Source: Okamejei kenojei
Taxonomy: Eukaryota
Direction of reading: 5' to 3'
DNA length: 64,000 bases
Assembly: GCA_035221665.1 (NCBI GenBank)
Contig: CM069140.1
Location: 2,976,001 to 3,040,000 of the forward strand
Part shown: piece after piece, positions 1-13,008 of the stretch
Position numbering within the stretch: position 1 is the first letter of the stretch
How the letters are laid out: each line of letters begins with the position of its first letter
Position numbers and translations under genes: made by a program
Notes under the pieces: generated by a model
Told to the model about the DNA's origin: nothing
Databases searched by the model: none
Seen by the model: the letters and a program-made list of their open reading frames with translations, nothing else

Positions 1-2860
1 TCCCCTACATTCCTACACAACTCGAACCTCGTCAATCCCCTAGCTTCACAATTCGCAACTCACTAATCCTTTTATTTTGCTCCTTGTACGTGTTCATCTC
101 TGGCCTTTGTCCAACCATCTGCCCAACACTAACCTGCCTCGCCTGTGTTTACCTATGACCTACCATGCTTTGTCCTGCTCCTCCACTCTTCTGGCTTCCT
201 TCCTCCCACACCTGCACTCAGTCTGAAAAACGGTCCAGAAACGCCACCTATCCATGCTCTCCAGGGATGCCACCCGACCACTGCGTTACTCCAGCACTGT
301 CTTTTTCCTCAGGAGCCTCTGATGTTCAGAGACTTTATTCATATGTTTAAGGAGCAGGATTAAGCCATTCAGCCCTTCGAGTCTACTGCGCCATTCAATC
401 ATGGCTGATTATCCTTCCCTCTCAACACCATTCTCCTGTCTTCTCCCCATAACTCTTGATAGCCCTACCCATCAAATATCTGTCACTCTCCACCTTGAAA
501 ATACCCTGAAAGGGCTGTGATTCAGCTATGAAAATTTAAGTCTTTCTATCTTTAAAAGCCATGGATTGGGTTAAATAGCCATCGTCAGAGCATGTTTTGG
601 TTGTAATTGTCGATGTGAGACCAGCATAGACTGATATTATTTAAAAAGTTGATGTAAATAATTGGAAAAACAACTAGTTAACCAAAACTAACTAATCAAA
701 ACGCATTTAAACAAGCACACCTCCATAAACACTTTAAGTTAATTAAATGATCTTTTGTCTTCCCCATCCCTCCATGCCTGGAAACCAAATAAAGCCTCCA
801 ACTACATAACCGAGATGGAGATATGCTGGGGGACTACAATCTGCTGCTTTTAATATTTAAACTGATTTAAAAAGGAATTTAATTTGTCATAGGATGGTGA
901 ATCTAGAGAATTCATTGTCACAGAAGGCTGTTGTGTGGGTGGGGGGTGTGGAGGGGAGGGGTGTGTGGGAGGGGGTAGTGTTGGCGGAAGGGTTGTAGGG
1001 GGGGGGCGAGATGTGTTGTGTTGGGGGTATGTGTGAGCAAGGTGGTTTGGGGAAAAGGGGTGTGTGGGAGAGGGGTATGTGTGAGCAGGGTAGGGTTGTG
1101 AGGGGTGTGTGGAAGGGAGGGCTGTGTGGGAGGGGGGTGTGTTTGGGGTGTGGGGGGGAGGGGTGTGGGTGCAGGGGGGAGAGAGCTCAGAGAAAATATG
1201 GGGGAAGAGCCATGGGGGAGAGTACGGTATTACGGCGAGGGGGCAGGAGCCAGCGAGGGGGGCCGGGGGGGAAGGGGCTGGGGGTGCGATGGGGACTCAC
1301 AGTGGGCGCTGGCCGCTTCGCTGGTTGTTCTCCTCCGCACGGGTCATGGACTCAATCAGCATGGCTGGTGGACTCAGCCCCGCATCCGGGGCTTTATTCT
1401 CCTCGCCCCGCCCAGTGATTAACAGCGGATGCCGGAAGGGGCATTACCTACATGCTGATTGACAGACAAGTAGACCAATCTGCTGATCTCACCATTTTTT
1501 AAACCTTCATTATTTTTGTAATCTTCCTCTGATTGGAAAAAACTTTGTGCGCTTGGATCAGAGGTGAATGGTGAGTAAGGTGGCGAAAACATCCTAGCAA
1601 TATAGGGACCTGTTTTTGCACAAATTTAAAAAAAAGCAAACCGGAAGAGGACAAGATGAAGGTTTTAGAAACAGAATAGATGTAGGAAATGTTCATGCAT
1701 CATTTTGTAAGAAACATAAGATCACTGCAAAATGAGGCGGCCAGAGTAGGAGGAGTTACAAATATAAATGTTGAAGAATAGAGAAGAGCAAAGACGGGGA
1801 GGGATTTGAAAAGGTCGATGAGAATTTTAATTCGCTACATCTCAATTAGAAGACAGAAGTCCGTAAGCAGAGGGATGAAGACACAGCATGTTAGGAGAAG
1901 CACTAAAACAGATAAGTATTGGGTATTTTTGCAGAAAGTATTAAAATCTAATTTACCTGGAGCTGAAACCATAATCTGACATCTCGTGAGGATCGTAAGC
2001 AAGAAGTCATTATGAGAATGCACTGCAAAACAAAAATTAGTTTTTCCTTTAATAATTTCATGCTTAATTCACCACAGTTTAGAACCAAGTCTGTGCTAAT
2101 CCAAGACCAAAACGGTTGTCAATGCAAAAAAAAGATGGGCAACACCGTCACTTTTCCCTGCTGTCTCAAAATTATTTGCTTTTCATGTACTAATCTAATT
2201 CAATTAAAAAAGTTATTACTGAATCTATTGTCTCCAATCATTTAGGGATTTGGCTGCAGTGAGACTGTCCTTGTTACCATTAGCCTCACGATCGACAATG
2301 TTCATCTATACTATCTGAACATTTCAGATGTTGAGCTGAACATTAGCTAAATATATTTCCCAGTGAATCCCCACATGCAACAGAGAGAGAACATACCTCA
2401 TCAGTCTGGTGTGTTTTCCATCAAGTTTACTCCAGCGGATTTAAGTTACTGGATTACGATACAATAAAACTTTATACATCCCTGGAGGGAAATTGGGGCG
2501 TCACCCGTTTCCCTGGTAAAATACTCCAGCTTAGTTTATTGTCACGTGTACTGAGGTTGCGTGCGTGCTAACCAGTCAGCAGAAAGACAAGACATGATTA
2601 CAACCCAGCCATCCAGTGCAGATACATGATAAAGGAAATAACATTTAGTGCAAGATAATGTCCAGTAAAGTCCGAACAAAGATAGTCCGAGGGTCTCCAA
2701 TGAGGTAGATAGTAGCTCAGAACCGCTCTCCAGTCAGTGACAGGATGGTTCAGTTGCCTGCCATTCCCAAACCATGCTGTGATGCATCCTTGATACATTT
2801 TGAATGAATACAAAAGGAGGGCTGCATGAGGGAATACACGCACAGTTTTACACATTGCAT

Positions 2861-3125
2861 GGGTGGCACAGTAGACCAGCGGTAGAGTTGCTGTCTCACA
2901 GCACCAGAGACCCGGGTTCCATCCTGATGTTGTCTGTTCGGAGTTTGTACCTTCTCCATGTAACCGCGTGGTTTTCAGTTTTCGCCCACACTCCAAAGAC
3001 ATGGAGATTTGTACGTTAATTGGTTTCAGCAAAAATTGCCTCTGATGTGTGGAGGAGAGTGATAGTGTACTGGTCGGCACGGAGTTGGTTGGTTGAAGGG
3101 CCACTTTCCGTGTTGTATCTCTAAC
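2861..3125 (+). mobile_element. tRNA-derived V-SINE (HE1-like elasmobranch SINE)
   Basis: tRNA-like head GGTGGCACAGT...GACCCGGGTTCCATCC, then a V-domain-like core (gtctgttcggagtttgtaccttctcc...). Related copies at ~3700-4160 (-), 44742-44905 (-), 57717-58012 (+) and 59357-59870 (+). Confidence 0.7.
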
Positions 3126-5171
3126 ATCTGACATAATGCAATGGTGTTGCCAGGACTCGTGGGCCTGAGCTACAGGGAGAGATTGGGTAAGCTCAGACTT
3201 TATTCCTTGGAGCGCAGGAGACTGAGGGGTGATGTTATAGAGGTATATAAAAAGTGAGGGGAATAGGGTGAATACGCAGTGCTCATTTCCCAGGATAGAG
3301 GAATTAAGAACCAAAGTAATAATTCAGCCTTTGCAACTGATCCATGGTTATCGATAGTGAGGGCAGCTATTGGATGCAGGGAAAATGCCAGGTGTTATTG
3401 TGGGGAAGGTGACTTGGAGGGTTATTAAAACTTTGCAGCAATTGGAAAGGGAATTTTCTGTCAAGAATGAGAGTTTTTTTCTTTAATTTCAGTAGGTCTT
3501 GGGTTACCTAAAGTTAATAAGGAGAAGAGCAAACATGAGCAGAGATTGATCCTTTTTGAAATGGGGAGGATGAAGAGCTGGAAGCTCAAGCTGGGGATCA
3601 GCTAAGGTGAATAGGATGTGAACTGTGATTCAGAAAGTGTCAGGCAATCACGCAAGTATTTAAAATCTGTATGGGGCCAAAATAGTGGGTTGCATTTTTT
3701 TCTAAGAGATGCAGCGTGGAAACAGGCCCTTCAACCCACCGAGTCTGTGCCGACCAGCGATCCTCATACACTGGTTCTATGCTACAGATTAGGGACAATA
3801 GGACAATTCATTGCCACAGAAGGTTGCAGAGGCCAAGTCCGTTGGATATTTTTATGGCAGATAGAGTCTTGATTAGTACGGGTGTCTGGGGTTATGGGGA
3901 GAAGGCAGGAGAATGGGGTTGGGAGGGAAAGATAGATCAGCCATGATTGAATGGTGAAGTAGACTTGATGGGCCAAATGGCCTAATTCTGTTACTATAAC
4001 ATGAATTTACAGCAGCCAATTAACCTACAAACCTGCACATCATTGGAGTGTGGGAGGAAACCCACATGGTCACAGGGAGAACGTAAAAACTCCATACCAA
4101 CATGAATTCATAGTCAGGATCGAACCCGGGTCCCTGCGATGTGAGGCAGAGATTCTACTGATTAAATAACATTTAAATTGGAAGAAATTGCAGTCTTTTT
4201 AATACTGGATAACAGAACCACACTCCGTGCATGGATAGCTGGAAAGATGGAGCTGGACATCATCACTAGACATGTGGGAGGCAGCGCCCAAATCTGCAGG
4301 TTGCGTTACCGAGGAACAACACGTGTGAGAAATGCAGAGCCAAGGATAATCCTGGGGGTTTCCTAGAACAAATCCCCTGGCTGAAGAAACTCAAAATACA
4401 ACCTGATCAATGTGGAACCAATTCCATCAGGTTGGATAATGGAGGGAAGACACTGGAGGAGATTACAATGACTTGTTCAGAGGCAGCAGAAAAATCAAAG
4501 ATAACATAGAAGTATTCTGAACATCAATGCAGCAACTGGTTATAAATAAAACCCGTGGCAAATATTCGCCAGTGACGTTGTGAAGTCCAATATTATCTAT
4601 TTTTTAAACGTTGTCGAACCTCATTTGTATTCATTGAAAATATATTTTCTTTAGCACTAAATTAGTAAGATTAAACAAGAACTTATCAGTTTGGAGTTTG
4701 ATCTTTATTTTATGAGGAGTCAAGTTGAGGGACTACGTGAAGAACCCCATACAGCCGTTGGTGCGTCAATCTTCAAAGCAGCGGAGTGAATTCACAGCTA
4801 ACAATGACTGAAGTATAATGGTAAGATAACAAAGACTAGAACTACCAGCTGAGATCTATGAGGGTGGGATCGGAGGGCACGTAGTCCCTCAACTCGACTC
4901 CTCATAAATTAAAGATCAAACTTCAAACTGGTAAGTTCCATTTAATCTTACTATTTTACTTCGGAGTCACGTGAGTGACTACGTGAAGACTTCAAAGCAC
5001 TGTGATTTCACGCCGCAGACCCAAATCCGGCGTTCACACTGCATCGATTGACTCAAAAGTCGTTAACAATCAATAATGCATCAATAATAACATTTGTTAA
5101 ATGAATAGCAGTTTATTTACAAACAAAATCATAACAAACCCCTCTAACTCAGGGGGAAACTATAACAGTAC

Positions 5172-6136
5172 TCAAAACAGAATCAGCAAACACCCCAGCC
5201 TTGAAATCGGCTTGTGATAAAACCTTTGAAAGGTCAGCTCACTGGACCATCCTGCGGCGGCGAGGATATGGTCTATTGGCACGTCCATCGTCCTTGCCGC
5301 GGAAGTTGATGCCGCCCTGGTGGAATGAGATTTGAATTTATCAGTATCAATTCCAGCACTTCCCAGGACCCGCTTTAGCCACCTTGAAATTGTTTGCACC
5401 GACACCTTACTGTGTGGTTTTTCGTGACTAATAAATAATGCAGACTCTGTTCCTCTTAGAGCTTTAGTAATCTCAATGTAACATGATAAATGTGAGACTA
5501 CACACAAGCGATCATCTGTGGGGTATGCTGAAAACACAATCTTACATCCTGTCATGCCTCTTCTACTATGTTTAAGCAAATCATAGACTTAAAATATAAT
5601 GGCATCTGCCGACACATGCATTTTATGTAGCCGTAGCTTTTGCAATGTTTGTACACGTTGGGCTGAAACCAACGCCATAAGCATGACCACCTTCATAGTT
5701 AATTTGGCTATAGATAGGCTTGTAACCGGAGCCCACTGGCGAAGAAGCATAAGAACCTCACTCACATTCCAAATACCGGCATACCTGGGTTTAGGAGGAT
5801 TAGAATTGAAAACTCCCTTCATGAATCGTGAAACTAATGGATGTGTCCCTACTGTATGCAATTCTGAATTCATGGGTATATAAGACAGAGCACTTCTGGC
5901 TGAATTGATCGCACTGTAACTTAATATTTGGTCGAAATAAAGAGTTGACAAAACTCCAATACGTCTGTGATCCCTGCAGTTTGATATGAAATATCCTGCT
6001 GTAGACAGAATTGCTCCCACTTCCTTATCGAGGAAATATATTGCTTCTGTGTACTATCCCTGCAGGCTGACATGAGAACATGCACAGTACGATCAGACAG
6101 TCCTCTCCCCAGGTATGGCCTCCTTAAAATCTGCAA
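5172..6136 (-). pseudogene. DIRS1 tyrosine recombinase, disrupted by a frameshift near 5950 and an in-frame stop at 5589-5591
   Basis: Catalytic motifs SAQR, HSTR(AAS), AAGW and FQRFY spread over ORFs 5921-6136, 5589-6020 and 5172-5579. The last two are in the same frame. Confidence 0.85.
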
Positions 6137-7584
6137 ATTAACAGATCAATACGATCATGTAAAGGATGTTGATCCCCAGTTACTGGATTCACCAGTAGAT
6201 TTTTATTCTTGGGAATACTCATGTGAGGCTCCCTAGCCATTTGTAATACAACGGGAAACCATGCTTGAGTAGGCCAATCTGACACTACCAATACCCCTGA
6301 AGCGGAGCCCTGCTTGATCTTTTGCAAACATCTGCTGATGAGACAGAATGGAGGAAATACATACACAAACATTCCTCTCCAGTGCAGCGAAAACGCATCC
6401 ATCGCTACTGCACCAGGATCTGGTTCCCACGAAACATATCTGGGCAACTGATGATTTAATCTAGATGCAAACAAGGCAATATCTGGCAATCCATACTGAA
6501 CAATCACTTGATTAAATACATCCTGATTTAACATCCATTCTATGTTGTCATTAAACTGACATGACCTAGTGTCAGCTACAGTGTTGAATCTTCCTGGCAA
6601 ATAAATTGCTGAAAGCCAGATATTTTGGTCAAGACACCAGCTCCAAATCTGGTTAGCCAGTCTATCACAAGACAGTGACTTGACTCCACCCATGTGGTTT
6701 ACATATGCCACTGCTGTGGTGTTGTCAATCTGAACCTGCACATGCAAGTTCCTCCTGGTAGAACAATAAGCATTAAGCCCATTCCAGGTTCCCAACAACT
6801 CTAAATAATTAATCCCTCTTAATTGAAGAAGGGATGTCTCATCAACATTCCATCTGCCTCCACAACTAGAAGACATATCTGTTGCACCCCAACCCAGTGC
6901 ACTTACATCAGTCTGTAATATCATTGAAGGTGGTTCCACCAAAACCTTCCTAAAACTTTTTGAAACATGTACTATCCACCATTGTATGTCAGAAATTGCC
7001 CCAGCTGACAACTGCATAGGCCTATCAAAATGGCCCCTTTGTATTCTCAGTGCCTGTTCCTTTAATCGTTGTAATTGTTGATAATGTAGAGGACCATACT
7101 GCACAGCTGGAAATGCTTCAACAAACTTCCCAATTAACCTGGCTACTTGTCTAATTGAAGGCTGTTGTTCTCCAATGAGATTAACACAGTCCTCAATTAA
7201 CGGATCCAATTTATCCCTCGGCAAAGTTACCAACATGTGATTTGAATTAATGGTAAATCCCAGATAATCAATAATTTGGACTGGTGATAATTTAGATTTA
7301 TCTGGGTGAACAACAAATCCAAATTGTTCAAAAGTGAATTTAACAACTGAAACGGATGATTGAGCTTCAGCATGAGTCTTTCCAACAATCAGAATATCAT
7401 CTAAATAGGCCATTACCACATGCCCCTGAGCTCTGAGTAATGCTAACACAGATTTTACCAATTTAGTAAATAGTCTAGGAGCTGAAGTTAATCCATTAGG
7501 CAATGCCTTGAATTGCCACAACTGAGTCATCCAAACAAATTTCAAATATCTTCTATCATCACCATGAATAGACACTGCATCCAC
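6124..7584 (-). CDS. DIRS1 pol remnant (RT, RNase H, N6-adenine methyltransferase-like domain), N-terminally truncated
   Basis: RT motifs ALPNGLTSAPRLF and YLDD. RNase H motifs TDVSALGWG, INYLEL, DNTTAVAYVN. DIRS MT-like motif LFASRLN...DAF...YVFPPF. Confidence 0.88.
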   Translation of the reverse strand: MDAVSIHGDDRRYLKFVWMTQLWQFKALPNGLTSAPRLFTKLVKSVLALLRAQGHVVMAYLDDILIVGKTHAEAQSSVSVVKFTFEQFGFVVHPDKSKLSPVQIIDYLGFTINSNHMLVTLPRDKLDPLIEDCVNLIGEQQPSIRQVARLIGKFVEAFPAVQYGPLHYQQLQRLKEQALRIQRGHFDRPMQLSAGAISDIQWWIVHVSKSFRKVLVEPPSMILQTDVSALGWGATDMSSSCGGRWNVDETSLLQLRGINYLELLGTWNGLNAYCSTRRNLHVQVQIDNTTAVAYVNHMGGVKSLSCDRLANQIWSWCLDQNIWLSAIYLPGRFNTVADTRSCQFNDNIEWMLNQDVFNQVIVQYGLPDIALFASRLNHQLPRYVSWEPDPGAVAMDAFSLHWRGMFVYVFPPFCLISRCLQKIKQGSASGVLVVSDWPTQAWFPVVLQMAREPHMSIPKNKNLLVNPVTGDQHPLHDRIDLLICRF

Positions 7585-10500
7585 ACTAGTGCCTTTCCGA
7601 TAAGGAACAAACCTTTGCCTTGTTTGCCAGCCGGCTTAATGAGAGCCATGGTTTTAACATCTTCATGACAGTGTTTTACCCTTTTTGCAAGGTTACCTCC
7701 AAACAGCAGATTTCGTGGCGGTACACTAGTCGGTTTGCACAGACTCGCCAAGTTAGGGTTAATCACTGGCCTTATAGCAGGCCTCCTGATATTGTTTATT
7801 TCAAAATGCACTACACAAAAATCCAAGTGCATCCTGGTGTGCTTCAAGCATATTCGCTGTATCAATAACTTTTACAACAGCCGTAACACCTGCTGACAAC
7901 AATTTAAGCACTTTTTGAAATTTCATCTCCTGGGTGGCATACCCAACTGTGACCAAATTTGGTGATTAACCACCGGTACCATCAGGAGATCACAATTAAC
8001 AGGAGCTTCAACCATAGCTAGGTCCTGTAACTGGTGGGAGAGCATATACTGAATTGCTTCAGCCAATTCTGTTTCAATCGCCTCTTCTGCCTCTCTAAGC
8101 ACAGGAATTTTTTATTTTTTTATCAGCAATATTAGGAATTACCTCCAACTGAACTCCTTTACTGCTCTCCCCCACCATAGAATCAGTGTCAGCAAACTGC
8201 ACAGATGGAACATCCTCCTCACAGGCAGGATAGTCCTGCAGCCCTGTAACAGGTGCTGCTAGCACAGGCTCTCCCACACCCTGGCTTGGGCACACTCCTC
8301 CTCACGGAGCTGGTCCCTGTCGAGCATTCTTTTGTAATAGAATCTCGACCTGGGAGAGCCGTGTGCAAACGGACTCTCCTATGGAGGGTATAACCTCCAG
8401 GCCCGACTCAGGGTCCACGGGCCTATCAGACTTGCCAGTGGCCTTCCGCCCTACTGGCAAGTCTCCACTGCTCACAGGCAGTGGGTCCGCAACCACTGGC
8501 TGTGTAGCCAGCACCGGACCAGGTGTACCAGATGGGCCTCCATCAACAACTCTCTCCTGGTCACTTTCCTTCCTACCTGCGGAGCACCTCGCCGAAATCT
8601 TCTTAATTTTCTGAACATTTCTACCAGAGACCTCCAACCGTCGCAGAAAATGACCATTGGAAAATTTTTTAAAACTTACCTCTCGTTTTTAAGTTTACCG
8701 CTTGGAGGAGCGCTGCTGCTCCAACCGGCCGACTGCACCAATGCGTCTGACGTCATGACGCACCAACGGCTGTACGGGGTTCTTCACGTAGTCACTCACG
8801 TGACTCCGAAGTAAAATTCCCTTCTCCTGTTATTTGTCCCCTAATTAGGAAATTATAGGCGTTTATTTAAAAAATGTCTCCAGAACCAAGAAACCATAAC
8901 AAAAGGGACATGGATCAGAATTTAAAGCTTAGGTTGTTCTCAACTCTGATTTGAAATCAGCAGAAAAGTCACAAAGTATTTTTTTCTGGAGGCCAAGGAG
9001 GAAGTGTGACTTTAATTGGATGTGTTTATCAGGGAGTGGATACTGTCCTTGGGGATTATATCAATGCCCCCCTGAAATGCTATACAGGAAAACAAAATGG
9101 CTCCTCAAAGGTGTTTTATTGTCACGTGTTCACTGCACACTGAAATTATTTTTGCATCGCTCCATATTTTGGCACCGTTTACAAAAAATCTAAAGTCCAG
9201 TCCTCACATGTGCTCGATGTACTGGAGAGGCTCCCGATCCAGGTAGGCTCCAGGCTTACCACCTCTGTCACCCTCGACGGGCTCGGACTGTGAACCGACG
9301 TCCCTCTCCTCACCCGACTGCCTGTGTCCCGGGGATGCCTCCTGCAGCCGGCCTTGAAAGCGCTGGTGGCAATACACAGGTCCCTCTCCTCGTGTTCATC
9401 GTCACCAGCGGCTCCCTCCTCCACGACTCAACTCGGGGCCGAGCTCGGCGACTTCCCAGCTTCCCCCCTGCAGGCCGTGCTGTGCCTTATGGTGTTAGAC
9501 TTAAGGCCACAACTGCATGCTTCTGCATCATGCATGTTCCATTTGTACAATAACCAGCCACATTGTCCTTGGCTTGTACAAAGTCCCACGACATCTGACC
9601 ACCGTCTGCAAGTGTGCCAGAGAATCTGTGAAATCCATTGCCACAGACGGCTGTGGGGGCCGTCAATGTATATTTTAAGGAGTAGATTCATAGGTGCTTG
9701 ATTAGTACGGGTGTCAGTGGTTATTGGGAGAAGGCAGGAAAAGGCAGTTGAGAGGGAAAGATAGATCAGCCACGACTAAAAGGCGGAGTGGACTTGATGG
9801 GCTGAATTCCGTTCCTACAACTAATTAACTTATGGCAATCAATGATTTAGCCGAGTACAAGATGGAGATACAGGGCTTGGTAATTTACCCAGGGGGCACA
9901 TTTTGCCCACCCAGTGGATACATTTGTTGAGTCTGGATTTGTACATATTTTCTCTCATTGACTGACTGTGTTTGGTTCTGGTTCATCATTAGTTATTCAC
10001 AAATAAGTGAAATAACATTGTTAAGCACTATTAAAGTTGCCTGGGGTAAAAGGGATGAAAAAGGTTGGGAACCGCTGCTCTAGTCTGTATCAATGGTACT
10101 GAAGTGGAGATGGTCAGATCTTCAAGTTTCCATGTGTAAATTTGTCCTGATCCAACCACATTGACACTACAGCCAAGAAAGCACTAATGCCTTTACTTCT
10201 TCAGAAGGCTAAGTAAAATCAGCACATCTCCAAGCACTCTTATCAATTTCTATTATAGAGAGCATTCTATCTGGACACATCAAAGCTTGTTTCTCTGCCC
10301 GAGAGCAAGAAATTGCAGAGAGTTATGATCACAGCACAGTTTATCACACAAACCAGCCTGCCATCCCTCCAACTCTCAAACATGCTATTGTGAGTTCTGA
10401 CATAGTAGACAATTAAAAAGGAAAGATTCATGGATGTTCTCAAAGGGTCTTTAAACAACCCAACATTCCCATGCCACTGAGTCCTGTGAACCTCTGGCCA

Positions 10501-10659
10501 ACGGCCTCTCCAAATGGAGAAGCAACCGGGATGGTGTGCACAACCTTGGTCCCTTTGCCTGTGCAGATCACAAACACCAGCCGACAAACTACCCAACAAC
10601 CCTACCCGGGGATCAGTTAGTGGCCTCATCAGCCACTTCAGAACCCACAACACTGAAGT

Positions 10660-11590
10660 GGATCCCCCCCTCTCTACCCCTCCCAATGCCGCTTCCTCTC
10701 CCTAACCCACTCCCTTTAACATCTTTAGCCCATGCCTGTTCCTCTCCATCTACCCCACTCAGTCCCTATCCCTCGCTCCACCCCCTCTGTCTCCTTCCAC
10801 CCCCCTTTCCTCCTTCGGCCCTCTGTCTACCCCCTCCACCCTTTGGCCAGCAACTCCTTCCTCTCCCTCTATCCCCCACACCAACCTATTCCTCCTTTTC
10901 CATCCCTTCCTCCTACTTCTTCTATGCCATCCTAGCTCCTTCTACCCCCTTTCCACCTCTTTCTGACCTCCTTCCTTCCTGCTTTATCCCCCTCCCAACC
11001 TTACTCCTCCCTTTCCCACCTACCTCTCCCACTACCCCTTTTCCACCACCTTCCACACTTCCCCAACCCCTTCCCACCCTCCCCCACCCCCTCCTCAGCA
11101 CCCCTCCCTTCTTTCACCTTCCTTCTCTTCACCCCTCTCTCCCCCTCCCCTCCCATTCAACCCTACTCCCTCACCCACGTGTCCACCTCATCCCTTCCTC
11201 TCACTCTTCACTCCCACTACCCCTTCCTGCCTCCGCCTCCACTCCCCCCACCCTCTACCCCCGATCCCCATCCCATTCTACCTCCATCCACTCCCCTCTC
11301 TCTATCCCAGCCTCACTCTCCCTTCCCCTTTGCTCTCCACCCTATCCACTCCCTCTCCTCCAATCCCATCACCCCTCCCCCTCTCCCTCGCATCTCTCTC
11401 CCCCTCCCCCTCCCCCTCCCTTCATCCCCCCTCTCCTCCCTCTTACTCCCCCTCCCCCCTCCTCCTACCCTCTCTCGCCTCCCCCTCTTACTCCCAGTGA
11501 TCACATTGACAACCCAGATGCGGCTCCGACCCTCCCGCTCTCCCTCTCCCGCCGCCACTCACTGCTTCATGTTCTCCCCCAGCGCCTCCG
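10660..11590. repeat. Long C/T-rich low-complexity tract
   Basis: Strongly pyrimidine-skewed sequence; it produces spurious Pro-rich ORFs. Confidence 0.85.
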
Positions 11591-11592
11591 CT

Positions 11593-12052
11593 GAGAGAAT
11601 GGAGCGGCTGGGCTTGTATGCTCTGGAGTTTAGAAGGATGAGGGTATCTTATTAAAACATATAAGATTGTTAAGGGTTTGGACACGATAGAGGCAGGAAA
11701 CATGTTCCCGATGTTGGGGCCAGAACCAGGGACCACAATTTAAGAAAAAGGGGTAAGATATTTAGAATGGAGATGAGGAAACACTTTATCACACAGAGAG
11801 TTGTGAGTCTGTGGAGCGATAGAGGCTGGTTCTCTGGATACTTTAATGAGAGAGCTTGTTAGGGCTCTTAAAGATAGCGGAGTCAGGGGATATGGGGAGA
11901 AGGCAGGAATGGGGTACTGATTTGGGATGCTCAGCCATGATCACATTGAATGGCGGTGCTGACTCGAAGGGCCGAATGGCCTACTCCTGCACCTATTGTC
12001 TATTGTCGATTGTCTATTACTATTGTCTATTGTCTAATGTCTATTGTCTATT
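11593..12052 (+). mobile_element. CR1-type LINE 3' fragment with (CTATTGT)n tail
   Basis: Encodes ERLGLYALEFRRMR; typical 3'UTR (gatcagccatgatc...gaagggccgaatggcctactcctgc); tandem 7-mer tail at 11991-12052. Confidence 0.85.
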
Positions 12053-13008
12053 GATTGTGGCCCAGGCTGCTGCTTCAGTCTTAAAACTGATTCACTGAGC
12101 AGCCTTGGTTCTCATCAGCAAACATCAGCTCAAACACGTTCTACAGGGATTCTGCCCACGGCTTTTTGTAATGTTTTAAAGGCAGCTCGTGCAACTTTTT
12201 AGTTTGTCCTTAGTTTATTGCTTTGATGCTGCCAATTCCCATCTACCCGATCACTTTAACTACAGTCGTCAGGGTGGATCTCTATGATCAGCTCGAGCAA
12301 ACACAGAATAAGTTGCTGGTGGGAGTCTCTCAGCTCCATCAGAACCTAAAATGCAGGTGTACGTACGTCTGGACAGCTCGTTCCCATTGCTTAGTCAGTG
12401 TAATCATGATCAATGACAATCACCAGCACTTTGAGCCCATTTCTAAACGTGGCAGATTTACTGAAATGTGGAGAGGGTCTTCATTGCCCATTGGTTTTGA
12501 TTCTTTCAGCCCCATTCTGTGGGGGTAAACATGAACCTGTGCAAAACACAGCATCAGAATTATTTTTTCATATGTAAAGCAGTATGTTTATTCTCTGTAG
12601 TAACAGCTCTGCTGGGAGGGCCCCCTGCTCAAATTAAACCTGCCTGTGCAACCTGAGAGGAAGTGTAAGGAGAAGGACTGGGTCTAAATGTTATTGAGTT
12701 TCAGACATCTGGCAGTTATTAATAACAAATGGTTGCTGCGATTCAAGTAAATCAATGGCTGTCTTTGATACCTCATTAAGTTTTCATCCAAGTTAATGCA
12801 AATGTTAATGTAATGAAATGTAATGCAAGTTAATGTAATGAAGTGGATCTCCCTCCTCTTAAAGCCCAGAGTAACATGTGGCAGTCTGTGGCCCATGGAT
12901 GGTATTGTGAGGTGTTGATTTGTTCAATGGGTTTATTTGGTTTCTGCAGGTTCAATTTGTCTGCCATTAGCAGTCATGATATTGTATTATAGAATATAAT
13001 AAAAATGA

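Larger units (their letters stand above)
4663..8817 (-). mobile_element. DIRS1-like tyrosine-recombinase retrotransposon, internally deleted and degenerate
   Basis: Inverted terminal repeats (4731-4768 vs 8755-8793). Internal complementary region 4878-4989 is complementary to both termini. RT/RNaseH/methyltransferase ORF and YR ORF on the minus strand. Confidence 0.92.

Noticed and set aside
1011-1462. Gly-rich ORFs in three frames
   Set aside because: A G-rich low-complexity tract lacks stops by composition.
2861-2935. tRNA-like sequence with A/B boxes
   Set aside because: It is the head of a SINE present in several copies, not a tRNA gene.
10536-11594. 352-aa proline-rich ORF
   Set aside because: It arises from a C/T low-complexity tract and has no domain signature or splice support.
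12796-12803. Perfect octamer ATGCAAAT
   Set aside because: It is 14.5 kb from the V leader, inside an AATGT-type simple repeat, with no nearby V segment.
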